Assembly: GCA_963793105.1 (NCBI GenBank)
Contig: CAWBZB010000015.1
Location: forward strand, 6,168 to 70,167
Length of the DNA stretch: 64,000 nucleotides
DNA from: an uncultured bacterium
Lineage (GTDB): Bacteria; Actinomycetota; Actinomycetes; S36-B12
Reading direction: 5' to 3'
Both the position numbers and the translations under genes were made by a program. Of this stretch, positions 1-9,744 are shown piece by piece; within the stretch, counting starts at the first letter, position 1, and each line of letters starts with the position of its first letter. The notes under the pieces are model-generated. The model was given only the letters and a program-made list of their open reading frames with translations, did no database searches and was not told the origin of the DNA.

Positions 1-1
1 C

Positions 2-610
2 TGCCGGCGGCAGCTGCGCTGGGACCCGAGCCTGCCCTCGCGGGTCGTCACGGCCTCGCGGGCGGTCGGCGTGTTCACGACCCCGCCGCTGGGCGTCCTC
101 GTCTTCGTCGCCGTGCCCACCGCGGAGCCGATCACGGACGCAGTCGATGCGATCGTGCCACTGGGGCAGCTGGCCGACGCGCTGCGCGAGTGCGGCCCGT
201 CAGGGCTCGACGTCGACGCCCTTCCCCGCGCGCTGGTGCCCCTCGGGGCCAACCCCTCGCTGCATCACCTGCCGCCGACGGATGGCTGGCAGCTGCCGAT
301 CAACGCGGTGTCCGGCGACCTCGTGCCCATGGTCGACGAGGCCACCGCCGAGTTCGACGGGCGCAAGGCCGGACTGCCGCCTCGCGCCCAGGAGTCCGTG
401 GCGGAGGAGATCTGGGACCGCCCCGGCTTCGGCGGCCTGCCGCTGCGCACCCTGCATGCGGCCCGGCAGCTCGGGATGATCGCCAACGACCGGGCGAAGG
501 TGTCGGCGGCCACCGCCGGACCGTGGAAGCGACTCAGCACCCCGCGCGGACAGGTCTTCGTCTACGCCTCCGGGCCGGCAGCGCGACTCGCGCTCCACGT
601 CGTGCGCTGA
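2..610 (+). CDS. hypothetical protein, 5-prime end outside window
   Basis: ORF 71..610 stays stop-free back to base 2 in the same frame, with almost uniform G/C at codon position 3. No family recognised. Confidence 0.5.
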   Translation, partial: CRRQLRWDPSLPSRVVTASRAVGVFTTPPLGVLVFVAVPTAEPITDAVDAIVPLGQLADALRECGPSGLDVDALPRALVPLGANPSLHHLPPTDGWQLPINAVSGDLVPMVDEATAEFDGRKAGLPPRAQESVAEEIWDRPGFGGLPLRTLHAARQLGMIANDRAKVSAATAGPWKRLSTPRGQVFVYASGPAARLALHVVR

Positions 611-629
611 CGGTTTCGGCCGGTCGGCG

Positions 630-1844
630 TCAGGTCGAATCGGCCACGGCCGCCAGCGCGCAGCCGGCCAGCACGGTCGCCCCGATACCGATCGCCCGCT
701 CGTCGACGTCGAAGGTCGCTGAATGCAGGTCCTGGCGGGGGTCGCCGTTCGAGGGATCGTGCGTGCCGAGCCGGACGTAGGTGCCCGGGATCCGCTCGGT
801 GTACCAGGCGAACGAGTCCCCGCCCATCGACTGCGGCGTCGCCACCGCCGCGTCGGGGCCGAACTCCCTCGTGACCACGCGCTCGACCAGCGCGGTGGTG
901 CCAGCATCGTTGACCACTGGGGGCAGGCCGCGGACGTACTCGAGTCGCCAGTCGGGAGCCGGGCCGATGTCGTCGGCGGCCATCAGGTGCGCGAGGGATT
1001 CCAGCATGACCTTCTCGCCGTGCGCCCAGGCGGTGCGGTCCGACGTCCGGAACGAGCCGCGCAGGACACCGGCGGCCGGGATCACGTTGGCCGCCACCCC
1101 CGCGTTGACGGAGCCGAAGACCATGGTCACCGGGGCCTCGGACCGCAGGGTGATCTCGTCCCACAGCCGGTCGGCGATCCGTGCGGTCCAGCGGACGAGG
1201 TCCACCGTCTCCCGCGGCCGGGCCGTGTGGCCCCCCGGGCCCTCGAGGGTGAGGTCGAACTGGTCTGCCGCGGACGTCAGCGGGCCGACCCGCAGGCCCA
1301 GGCTCCCGATGTCGAGCTTCGGGTCGCAGTGCACCCCGAAGATCGCCCGGACATGCTCCAGCCACCCCTCCTCGATGATGTCGACGGCGCCGCCGGGCAC
1401 CGCTTCCTCCGCGGGCTCGAACAGGAGGCGGACCATGGCCGGACGCGGATGATTGCGACGGGTCTCCAGGAGCGTGAGGGCCGCGCCGACGACCGCGGCC
1501 GCGTGGACGTCGTGGCCGCACGCGTGCGCGAACCCCGGGAACCGGGAGCGGTACGGCACGTCGGAGAGCTCGAACATGGCCAGTGCGTCGATGTCCGCCC
1601 TGAGCGCCACCACCGGCATCGTGAGCGGGTCAGGGGGCAGTTCCGGATCCAGGGACAGGTCGCACACCAGGCCGGTGCCGGACGCGAGGACCACCGGATC
1701 CAGGCCTTCGACGGTGAGCCGCTCGACCAGGATCTCGGTGGTGAGGTGCTCCGCACGGGATGGCTCGGGCTGGGCGTGGAGCAGGCGCCGCAGCGCGACG
1801 AGCTCATGGTCGTGGGAGGCGACGATGGCGGCCAGGTCGCTCAC
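630..1844 (-). CDS. M20-family amidohydrolase (N-acyl-L-amino-acid amidohydrolase / hippurate-hydrolase-like)
   Basis: Last 404 codons of ORF 630..2612. Metal-site motifs HACGHDVH and EPAEE. The GTG at 1844 overlaps the upstream stop as GTGA. Confidence 0.85.
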   Translation of the reverse strand: MSDLAAIVASHDHELVALRRLLHAQPEPSRAEHLTTEILVERLTVEGLDPVVLASGTGLVCDLSLDPELPPDPLTMPVVALRADIDALAMFELSDVPYRSRFPGFAHACGHDVHAAAVVGAALTLLETRRNHPRPAMVRLLFEPAEEAVPGGAVDIIEEGWLEHVRAIFGVHCDPKLDIGSLGLRVGPLTSAADQFDLTLEGPGGHTARPRETVDLVRWTARIADRLWDEITLRSEAPVTMVFGSVNAGVAANVIPAAGVLRGSFRTSDRTAWAHGEKVMLESLAHLMAADDIGPAPDWRLEYVRGLPPVVNDAGTTALVERVVTREFGPDAAVATPQSMGGDSFAWYTERIPGTYVRLGTHDPSNGDPRQDLHSATFDVDERAIGIGATVLAGCALAAVADST

Positions 1845-2989
1845 GGGCCGCTCGTCCCGGGCGCGTCGGCCGACAGCTCGGCGCGCAAGGAGGTCACGAC
1901 GTCCTCGAGGGATCCGCGGTCCGCGAGCACGCGTCGCTGGCGGGTGGAGCTGGTGCCGGAGGCCAGGATGCCGTGGATGGACTCCAGCTCGTCCACGCAG
2001 CCGAGGCGTCGCGCGAACGGGGTGAGCTCCTCCACCGCCTCGGCGATGAGGGTGGAGATGGACCGGGTCCTCCCGGAGTCGTCGATCACCATGTCCGCAT
2101 CGAGTCCGTAGCGGGCGGCACGCCACTTGTTCTCGCGCAGCACCCAGTCCCGGTCCGTGGGCAGGCGGTAGCCGCGGTCGAGGAGTTCGTCGTACCGCTC
2201 GACGGCGCACTGGGCGAGGGCGGCCAAGGCGCACGTCTCGGTCAGCGTGGGCATGGCGTCGCACATCCGCAGTTCGATGGTCCCGAAGTTCGGGTGCGGA
2301 CGGATGTCCCACCAGACCTCGCGGATGGTCGTGATCGTGCCGGCGTTGATGAGCGACGTCATGAAGCGCTCGAACTCCGCCCAGTTCTCCAGGTGCGGGG
2401 GCAGCCCCGTCGACGGCAGCGCCTCGAAGACCTTCGTGCGGGCACTGGCGAGCCCGGTGTCCATCCCGTGCCAGTAGGGGCTGGACGAGGACAGTGCGAG
2501 GAACAGCGGCAGCATCGTCGCGAGGGCGTTCGTGATGGCGATGGACTTCTCTGCCGACCGCACGCCCACGTGGTAGTGCACCCCGTGCGTGATGAGCCGC
2601 CGCGCCGGCCACTGGATCCGCTCCACGATCGCCTCGTAGCGCTCGCCCTCGGACTGGGCCTGCGACCGCCAGGAGGAGAACGGGTGCAGGCCCGCACTGA
2701 TGAGGTCGATCCCGTGGAGCGCGGCGATGTCGCGGATCTCATCGATCCCCGTCTGCAGGTCGTGACGGGCGTCCGCGACGGTGCCGCAGATCCCGGTGAT
2801 CACCTCGAGCGTGCACTGGTACAGCTCGGCCTTGATGCGCGGATGGTCGAGCCCCTCGTTGCGCGCCGCGAGCTCGGCCAGGATCATCGGCGCGACGCCG
2901 GCCAGTTCCCCCGACGCCACATCGACCAGGCCGAGCTCGATCTCCACACCGAGACTGCTGCGCTCGGACGGGTTGAACGGGACCTCCAC
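1841..2989 (-). CDS. glutamate--cysteine ligase family 2 protein (YbdK-type carboxylate-amine ligase)
   Basis: ORF 1841..2989. LGVEIEL near the N-terminus, HYHVGV, and WWDIRPHPNFGTIELRMCD, all typical of the GCS2 family. Confidence 0.85.
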   Translation of the reverse strand: MEVPFNPSERSSLGVEIELGLVDVASGELAGVAPMILAELAARNEGLDHPRIKAELYQCTLEVITGICGTVADARHDLQTGIDEIRDIAALHGIDLISAGLHPFSSWRSQAQSEGERYEAIVERIQWPARRLITHGVHYHVGVRSAEKSIAITNALATMLPLFLALSSSSPYWHGMDTGLASARTKVFEALPSTGLPPHLENWAEFERFMTSLINAGTITTIREVWWDIRPHPNFGTIELRMCDAMPTLTETCALAALAQCAVERYDELLDRGYRLPTDRDWVLRENKWRAARYGLDADMVIDDSGRTRSISTLIAEAVEELTPFARRLGCVDELESIHGILASGTSSTRQRRVLADRGSLEDVVTSLRAELSADAPGTSGP

Positions 2990-2998
2990 GCGCTCAGA

Positions 2999-4738
2999 CT
3001 AGGACGTGGCCCTCAGCCATACCGCCGTTTCCGGTCCGATCGCCAAAGTGGCGGTCGGTGCGGTGTCTGGGTGGTCGCTCGACGACGCGTCGTCGGTGGA
3101 CAGCGAGGCGACATCGGGACCCGAGGCGATGAGCACGTCGGTGCCCCACTCGGCCGGGAGCCGCACGCTCCGGTCGGTGAGGTTGATGGCCGAGATGACG
3201 GTCGCGCCGTCCGTTCCGGTCCGCCGGATGGCGAGCAGGTCGGAGGACTCCGTCAGCCACTCCATCGGGCCCTCGCCCATCGCCGACGAGTCGCGACGCT
3301 GGCGCAGGGCCTCGCGGTACATCTCGAGCGTCGAGCCCTCGACGCCGCGCTCGCTGTCGACCGAGAGGCGCGCCCATTCGGCAGGCTGCGGCAGCCAGGA
3401 GGCCGAACCCGGGCCGAAGCCGTACGACGGCGAGTCGCCAGCCCAGGGAATCGGCACCCGGCAGCCGTCGCGGAAGCCGTCGCGGCCGCCGCTGCGGTGC
3501 CATGCCGGGTCCTGGCGAGCCTCATCGGGCAGGTCCGTCACCTCGGGCAGGCCCAGCTCCTCACCCTGGTACACGTACATGGAGCCGGGGAGGGACAGCG
3601 TGAACAGGGTGGCCGCCCGGGCGCGATGCAGCCCACGCTCGAGATCGCGGACCCCGTCGACGACGGGAGCCATCCGGGTGCGGTGCCGGATGACGTCGTG
3701 GTTCGACAGCACCCACGTGGGCGGGGCTCCCACCTTGGCGTGGTTCGCGATGGTCTCGTCGATGGTCCTGCGCATCTCGGCGCCGTCCCACCCGGCCTCG
3801 AAGTAGATGAAGTTGAACGACGTGTGGAGCTCGTCGGGCCGCTGGTAGCGGGCGAGCCGCTCGGCGTTCGGAACCCAGGTCTCCCCGCAGAACACCCGCG
3901 GCGGGTCGTACTCGTCGGCGACCGCTCGCCATTCGCGGTAGATGTCGTGGACGCCGTCCTGGTCCCAGAACGGCGCGTGCGCCTCATCCTCGTCGAACAT
4001 CGGCGGAGTCGCGTCGGCCTCGGCCTCGTCGGCCACTGCGGGGTAGTCGAAGTCGGGCAGGCCCGCCTCCTTGACCAGCCCGTGGGCGACGTCGATGCGG
4101 AAGCCGTCGATGCCCCGGTCGAACCAGAAGCGCAGGATGTCGCGGAACTCGGCGCGGACCTCGGCGTTGTCCCAGTTGAGGTCCGGCTGCGTGGTGTCGA
4201 ACAGGTGGAGGTACCAGTGGCCGGAGGGCTCGCCCGCGGCGGTCTGCAGCTGCGACCAGCCGGCGCCGTGGAAGACACTCCGCCAGTTGTTCGGGGGCGC
4301 CTGCCGGTCGGGCCCCGCGCCTTCGCGGACGATGTACCGGTCCCACGCCGGGGAGCCGGGTTCGGCCGCCAGCAGCTCCTGGAACCAGGGATGCTCGCTG
4401 CTGGTGTGGTTGGGGACGATGTCCATGAGGATGCGGATCCCGTGGGCATGCGCGCGGGAGATCAGCTCGTCGACGTCGTCCATCGTCCCGAGCCGGGGGT
4501 CGATGGACCGGTAGTCGGTGACGTCGTAGCCGCCGTCGCGCAGCGGAGAGGTGTAGTACGGGGAGATCCAGACGGCGTCGACGCCGAGGTCGACGAGGTA
4601 GTCCAGGCGGGAGATCAGCCCCGGGATGTCACCGAGCCCGTCGCCGTCGATGTCGGCGAACGATCGCGGGTACACCTGGTAGACCACGGCATGCCGCCAC
4701 CAGTCGTCGTACCGTCCGGATGGCTCGGCTCCGCGTTC
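2999..4738 (-). CDS. GH13 alpha-glucosidase / oligo-1,6-glucosidase; start codon unresolved
   Basis: Part of ORF 2999..5071. WWRHAVVYQVYPRSFAD, DAVWISPYY, ILMDIVPNHTS, GFRIDVAH. There is no in-frame ATG/GTG/TTG between the glbO stop and the conserved WW. The ATG at 4740 is one base out of frame. Confidence 0.8.
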   Translation of the reverse strand, partial: ERGAEPSGRYDDWWRHAVVYQVYPRSFADIDGDGLGDIPGLISRLDYLVDLGVDAVWISPYYTSPLRDGGYDVTDYRSIDPRLGTMDDVDELISRAHAHGIRILMDIVPNHTSSEHPWFQELLAAEPGSPAWDRYIVREGAGPDRQAPPNNWRSVFHGAGWSQLQTAAGEPSGHWYLHLFDTTQPDLNWDNAEVRAEFRDILRFWFDRGIDGFRIDVAHGLVKEAGLPDFDYPAVADEAEADATPPMFDEDEAHAPFWDQDGVHDIYREWRAVADEYDPPRVFCGETWVPNAERLARYQRPDELHTSFNFIYFEAGWDGAEMRRTIDETIANHAKVGAPPTWVLSNHDVIRHRTRMAPVVDGVRDLERGLHRARAATLFTLSLPGSMYVYQGEELGLPEVTDLPDEARQDPAWHRSGGRDGFRDGCRVPIPWAGDSPSYGFGPGSASWLPQPAEWARLSVDSERGVEGSTLEMYREALRQRRDSSAMGEGPMEWLTESSDLLAIRRTGTDGATVISAINLTDRSVRLPAEWGTDVLIASGPDVASLSTDDASSSDHPDTAPTATLAIGPETAVWLRATS

Positions 4739-4739
4739 A

Positions 4740-5192
4740 TCACGCCTCCTCGGTGGGTAGGGGGGTGCCGTACGGCTCGTCCGGCACGTTCTGCATGCCG
4801 AACGCGGCGCTGACCAGGTACACCCAGAGTCGCTTCTCCTGCTCGTCCGTGAGGCCCTGCTCGACCATGGCGTCGTGCATGAGGCTGAGCCAGCGGTCGC
4901 GTGCGGTGGCGTCGATGTGGAAGCCGACGTGGCGCCTGCGGAGCCGGGGATGGCCGCGCTCCTCGCTGTAGGTCTGCGGACCGCCCCAGTACTGCATGAG
5001 GAACAGGCGTAGCCGACGCTCGGCCGGGCCGAGGTCGCCGCCGGGGTACATCGGACGCAGGATCGGGTCATGGGCCACTCGCGCGTAGAACGCGCCGACG
5101 AGCCGCGTGAAGAACGCCTCGCCGCCGAAGTCCTCGTAGGGAGTCGGCGCCTCGTCGGTCGTCTGCTCGTCGGTCGTCTGCTCGTCGGTCAC
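4740..5192 (-). CDS. glbO: group II truncated haemoglobin
   Basis: Last 150 codons of ORF 4740..5630. MQYWGGPQTYSEERGHPRLRRRH matches the GlbO-type signature. The GTG at 5192 overlaps the upstream stop (GTGA). Confidence 0.85.
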   Translation of the reverse strand: MTDEQTTDEQTTDEAPTPYEDFGGEAFFTRLVGAFYARVAHDPILRPMYPGGDLGPAERRLRLFLMQYWGGPQTYSEERGHPRLRRRHVGFHIDATARDRWLSLMHDAMVEQGLTDEQEKRLWVYLVSAAFGMQNVPDEPYGTPLPTEEA

Positions 5193-6685
5193 GAGGCCAT
5201 TGTGGTGGACTCGACTTCGCGGCTCTCGGCCCGCTGGACGATGTGACGGGCCATCGGCGGAAACACGAACGCGTGGAACGGCGCCACGACCCACCAGTAG
5301 GCATGCCCGGCCAGCCCGCGGGGGAAGAACACCGCGCGCTGCCGGAGGACCGAGCCGGCGCCCTCCTCGTCCACGGAGAACTCCAGCCACGCCAGGCCGG
5401 GGTTCCGCATCTCGGCCCGCAGCCGCAGCAGGCGGGGAGCCAGTCGCTCCTCCACGCGCCAGAAGTCGACGACGTCGCCAACGGCCAGCACGTCCGGATC
5501 GCGGCGACCGCGCCGTAGCCCCACGCCGCCGACCAGCCGGTCGAGCAGGCCGCGGATCTCCCACAGGAAGTCCGACGAGTACCAGCCGTGCTCGCCGCCG
5601 ATGCGCTCGACCGCGGCCCACAGCTCCCACTGCGACGCCGTCGAATGCACGACCCGGACGTCCTCGTAGAGCGTGCCGCCCGACCAGTCGGGGTCGCTCG
5701 GCAGCGGCTCGCTCGGGGCACCGGGCACCGAGGCACCCGTCCAGCGAGTGGTGACCTTGGCGTCACGGATGCGCGTGAGGGCGAGTTGCACTGCCGCGTC
5801 GAACGGGACGAGCCCCCCGACCGGATCGGGGATCCACTGGGCGATGTCGTGCTCGTGGCACACCGAAGGGTGCCGGAGCGACTGCACCAGCGGGCGGGCG
5901 ATCGCGCGGGGAACGGGCGTGACGACGTTGACCCAGTGGCTCGACAGCCCGGGGGTGAGCAGGTTGATGGGCAGGATCACGCGCGGGCGGAGCCCGGCCA
6001 CGGCCGCATACCGCTGCATCATCTGCTGGTACGTGAGCACCTCGGGGCCGCCGATCTCGAAGGGGCGGCTGACATCCGCGGGCAGCCCCGTGGCGGCGAC
6101 GAGGTAGCGCAGCACGTCGCGGATGGCGATCGGCTGGGTCTGCTGCCGGACCCACCGCGGCGTGATCATCGCCGGCAGGCGCTCGGTGAGGTAGCGCAGC
6201 ATCTCGAAGCTGGCGGAGCCGGACCCGATGATCACGGCCGCACGGAACTCGGCCACCGGCACGCCCGAGCCTCGTAGGACCTGCCCCACCTCGACCCGCG
6301 ATCGCATGTGCGGGGACATGCGAGTGATGGGGATCTCGGGGGCAAGGCCACCGAGGTACACGATGCGTCCCAGGCCGCTGGCCCGCGCCGCATCGGCGAA
6401 GGTCTGCGCCATCCGCCGCTCGGCGGCCTCGAGCCCGGGTCCCTCCTGGATCGAGTGCAGCAGGTAGTAGGCGACGTCCATGTCGGCCATGGCCGCCCGG
6501 ACGGCGTCCGGGTCGGTGGCGTCGCCCGCGACCACGTCGACGTCGGCCAGCCACGGCGCGTCGCGGAGCTTCTCGGGCTGGCGTGCCATGACACGCACCC
6601 GATGACCGGCGGCCAGGAGCTCCGGCACCAGCCGGCCTCCGACGTACCCGGTGGCGCCGGTCACGAGGCAGGCTGTCGCGGTCAT
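5189..6685 (-). CDS. NAD(P)H-binding SDR-like oxidoreductase with C-terminal DUF2867-like domain
   Basis: ORF 5189..6685. N-terminal Rossmann motif VTGATGYVGG and a long C-terminal extension of the DUF2867 type. Confidence 0.75.
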   Translation of the reverse strand: MTATACLVTGATGYVGGRLVPELLAAGHRVRVMARQPEKLRDAPWLADVDVVAGDATDPDAVRAAMADMDVAYYLLHSIQEGPGLEAAERRMAQTFADAARASGLGRIVYLGGLAPEIPITRMSPHMRSRVEVGQVLRGSGVPVAEFRAAVIIGSGSASFEMLRYLTERLPAMITPRWVRQQTQPIAIRDVLRYLVAATGLPADVSRPFEIGGPEVLTYQQMMQRYAAVAGLRPRVILPINLLTPGLSSHWVNVVTPVPRAIARPLVQSLRHPSVCHEHDIAQWIPDPVGGLVPFDAAVQLALTRIRDAKVTTRWTGASVPGAPSEPLPSDPDWSGGTLYEDVRVVHSTASQWELWAAVERIGGEHGWYSSDFLWEIRGLLDRLVGGVGLRRGRRDPDVLAVGDVVDFWRVEERLAPRLLRLRAEMRNPGLAWLEFSVDEEGAGSVLRQRAVFFPRGLAGHAYWWVVAPFHAFVFPPMARHIVQRAESREVESTTMAS

Positions 6686-7632
6686 GACTCCATCCTCGGG
6701 GAAGGGGGGCCTGCGTTGCCGGGCAGTGGGCGCACGAGGACCGGCACGCTGACGCCGGCCCGGTCGAACGCCAGCTTCATGCGTTCGCGGATCGCCCGGG
6801 CGACGGCGACCTGCTGTTCGGGCGCCGCCTTGGCCGTGATCCGGATGAACACGGCCTCCCCGGACACGGACTCGACCCCGGCGAATGCCGGCCGGCCGAG
6901 GAGCATGTCGTCGTAGTCGGGGTTCTCGTCCATGTCGGTGGCGACGTTCATCACGATCTCGCGCACGCGGTCGATGTCCTCGTCGTAGCCGATGGGGATG
7001 TCGACGATCGCCAGCGTCCAGCCCTGCGAGCGGTTGCCCACGCGGAGGACCTCGCCGTTGCGCACGTACCAGACCACGCCGGACAGGTCGCGCAGCCGCG
7101 TGAAGCGCAGCGCGACCTCCTCGACGGTGCCGACCACCTCGCCGAGGTCGACGAGGTCGCCGATGCCGTACTGGTCCTCGACGATCATGAAGATCCCGGA
7201 GAGGTAGTCCTTCACCAGGGTCTGCGCCCCGAAGCCGAGCGCGACGCCGATGACGCCGGCGCTCGCGAGCAGGGGGGCGATGTCGATGCCGAGCAGCGGC
7301 AGGATGGTCATCAGGGCGATCGCCCAGACGCCGATGGCCACCACGCTGCGCAGGAGCGTGCCGATCGCGTTGGCGCGCTGCTCCGTTCGCTGGGTGAGCA
7401 TGGCTTCGGACAGCTCGGCGGTGCGGGTGATCTTGCGCGCCTGGCCGAGGCGCTCATGCTGGGCCCTCTCCGTCGCCCGTCGGACCAGCCGGCGGATCAG
7501 CCAGGTGAGGACCAGCTGCGCGATCAGGGCGCCGACGAGGATGAACAGGATCTCCAGCGGCACGCCCAGCAGCCAGTCGCGGGCGGTCTCCCAGAACGGC
7601 GCGTCCTTCGCCGCGGACGGGATTCCGGTCAT
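6682..7632 (-). CDS. mechanosensitive ion channel family protein (MscS-like)
   Basis: ORF 6682..7632. TM helices followed by GFGAQTLVKDYLSGIFMIVEDQYGIGD, the MscS pore/beta-domain signature. Confidence 0.85.
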   Translation of the reverse strand: MTGIPSAAKDAPFWETARDWLLGVPLEILFILVGALIAQLVLTWLIRRLVRRATERAQHERLGQARKITRTAELSEAMLTQRTEQRANAIGTLLRSVVAIGVWAIALMTILPLLGIDIAPLLASAGVIGVALGFGAQTLVKDYLSGIFMIVEDQYGIGDLVDLGEVVGTVEEVALRFTRLRDLSGVVWYVRNGEVLRVGNRSQGWTLAIVDIPIGYDEDIDRVREIVMNVATDMDENPDYDDMLLGRPAFAGVESVSGEAVFIRITAKAAPEQQVAVARAIRERMKLAFDRAGVSVPVLVRPLPGNAGPPSPRMES

Positions 7633-9722
7633 TCCGTGAGCCCCGTCCAGTTGGCGAAGAAGGCGAGGGTGTCTGCGGTCTCCTCCACCGACTTCGACAG
7701 GCTGCGTGCACCATGACCCACGTCGCCCTCAGTGCGCAGGAGGATCGGTCGCGTGCCCGAGGTCGCCCGCTGCGCCGCGGCGCACATCTTCCGCCCGTGC
7801 ATCGGATCGGTGCGGGTGTCGTTGTCGAACACGGCGATCATCGTCGCCGGGTAGTCCGTTCCATCGACGACGTGGTGGTAGGGCGAGTAGTCGAACAGCC
7901 ACGCGAACTGCTCGGGATCCTCGGGGTCGCCGTACTCCACGGTCCACGTCGGACCGAGCTCGGACGTCGTGTACCGGATCATGTCGAGCAGGGGAGCGAC
8001 GCACACGATCGCGTTGAACAGGTCGGGCCGCTGCGTCATCGCGGCACCGACGAGCAGGCCGCCGTTCGAGCCTCCGTAGATGCCGAGCCGCTCCGGTGTC
8101 GTCCACCCCTGCGAGATCAGCCACTCGGCGGCAGCGTGGAAGTCGTCGAACACGTTCTGCTTCCGGCCGAGCATCCCCGCGCGGTGCCAGTCCTCGCCCT
8201 CCTCGCCGCCGCCGCGCAGGTTGGCGACCGCCCACACGCCGCCCGCCTCGACCCAGGCCAGGATCGCGGCCGAGTATCCCGGCGCGAGCGGGACGCCGAA
8301 GCCGCCGTACCCGTAGAGGATCGTCGGCCGGGGCCCCTCGGGGGTCGCGGTGGGGGACAGGACGAACATCCGCACCTCGGTGCCGTCGGCGGACGTGTAC
8401 GTCACCTGCTGCGAGTGCACGGTCGGCACCTCGACGGAGCCGGGCGGCCGGGCGTGCAGCGTGACGGCGTCGGTGCGGGCGTCGTAGGCGTAGATCGTCG
8501 GCACGGTCGTGTGGTCGGTGAAGACGAACCAGGTCACCGGGCCGCCGTCGATGTGCTCGACGGGCCCGCCGATGGTGCCGGCGCCCGGCAGCTCGACATC
8601 ATGCAGGGAGGAGCCGTCTTCGGCGCGGTGCAGCGACATCTGGGCCACGCCGTGGCTGGTTCTCACCACCAGCAGCAGGTCCTCGTCGAGCTCGGGGCCG
8701 TCGAGCACGGTCACCGACTCCAGTACCGCCTCCGGGTCCTCCGGCACGAGGTCGGTCCACTGTGCGGCCGACCATGCCCCGGGCCGGGTGATCGCGACGC
8801 GCCCGCGCGGGGCCTCGAGATCGGTGCTGACCAGGACCCGGCCGTCGCGCAGGAAGGTCAGCCCGGTCTGCGCGTCCACGTCGCCCTGCACGAGCGTGAA
8901 CGCCGGCGCCTCCGGGGGGCCGGCCGCGAGATCCGCGACCCAGAGGTCATTGCGCGGCTCGGTGCCCTCGGAGGCCGAGACCTGCAGCCATCGGCCGTCC
9001 CGGCTGACCTCGACCCCGTAGTAGTTGGTCATGGTCATGCCGGCGCCGAACACGAGATCGTCGGCGTCCGGCGCCGCTCCCACCCGGTGCAGGTACACGC
9101 GACGGTGGAAGTTCTGCTCGGACTCCGGCAGGAGCTCGGGGGCGATGCGTCGCACGTAGTAGTAGGCGTCGCCGCCGGGGAGCCAGGCCACCGGGGAGTA
9201 CCGGCAGCGGTCGATCGGACCCTCGATCGTCTCGCCGGTGGCGACGTCCATGACGTACAGGAGGGACTCCTCGTTGCCGCCCACCGAGAGCTGGTAGGCG
9301 AGCCGGTCACCCTCCTTGGAGGGCTGCCAGCTGTCGAGGGTCGTCACGCCGGACGGGTCCAGGGCCATGGGGTCGATGAGCACGCGCTCCGTGCCATCCG
9401 CGTCGACGGCATACAGGACGGCGAACTGCTGCCCCGGCTCGCGCCTGCTGAGGAAGTAGCGGCCGCCCCGCCAGTACGGCGGCGACACGGTGCCCGAGCC
9501 GAGAAGCTGGTCGACCCGCTCGGCGAACCGTTCACGGGTCGTCCAGGTGGCCCTCTCGGCGGACATGAGCGCGGCCTGCGACTCCAGCCAGGCCGCGGTG
9601 CGGGGGTCCTCCGACGACTCCAGCCAGCGGTACGGGTCGGGGACGGGGGTGCCGTGGAAGTCGTCGACGAGGTCGAGCCGGGGGGCGTCGGGGTACACGG
9701 GGGAATCTGCGGGTGACGTCAC
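7629..9722 (-). CDS. prolyl oligopeptidase family serine peptidase (S9A)
   Basis: ORF 7629..9722. N-terminal DPYRWLE, a beta-propeller region, a C-terminal catalytic domain with GGSNGGLL, and a terminal His region. Confidence 0.9.
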   Translation of the reverse strand: MTSPADSPVYPDAPRLDLVDDFHGTPVPDPYRWLESSEDPRTAAWLESQAALMSAERATWTTRERFAERVDQLLGSGTVSPPYWRGGRYFLSRREPGQQFAVLYAVDADGTERVLIDPMALDPSGVTTLDSWQPSKEGDRLAYQLSVGGNEESLLYVMDVATGETIEGPIDRCRYSPVAWLPGGDAYYYVRRIAPELLPESEQNFHRRVYLHRVGAAPDADDLVFGAGMTMTNYYGVEVSRDGRWLQVSASEGTEPRNDLWVADLAAGPPEAPAFTLVQGDVDAQTGLTFLRDGRVLVSTDLEAPRGRVAITRPGAWSAAQWTDLVPEDPEAVLESVTVLDGPELDEDLLLVVRTSHGVAQMSLHRAEDGSSLHDVELPGAGTIGGPVEHIDGGPVTWFVFTDHTTVPTIYAYDARTDAVTLHARPPGSVEVPTVHSQQVTYTSADGTEVRMFVLSPTATPEGPRPTILYGYGGFGVPLAPGYSAAILAWVEAGGVWAVANLRGGGEEGEDWHRAGMLGRKQNVFDDFHAAAEWLISQGWTTPERLGIYGGSNGGLLVGAAMTQRPDLFNAIVCVAPLLDMIRYTTSELGPTWTVEYGDPEDPEQFAWLFDYSPYHHVVDGTDYPATMIAVFDNDTRTDPMHGRKMCAAAQRATSGTRPILLRTEGDVGHGARSLSKSVEETADTLAFFANWTGLTE

Positions 9723-9744
9723 GCCGTCAGCCTAGGCTGACCGG

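Noticed and set aside
1760-4813. Very long alternative-frame or antisense ORFs in the track. Examples: 1760..4813 (1017 aa), 31161..33302, 36510..38171, 38585..40921, 61394..63118, 9727..11133, 27123..28871.
   Set aside because: They are Arg/Pro/Gly/Ala-rich shadow ORFs, typical of high-GC DNA. Each overlaps a gene with clear family motifs on the other strand or frame. No recognisable domains.
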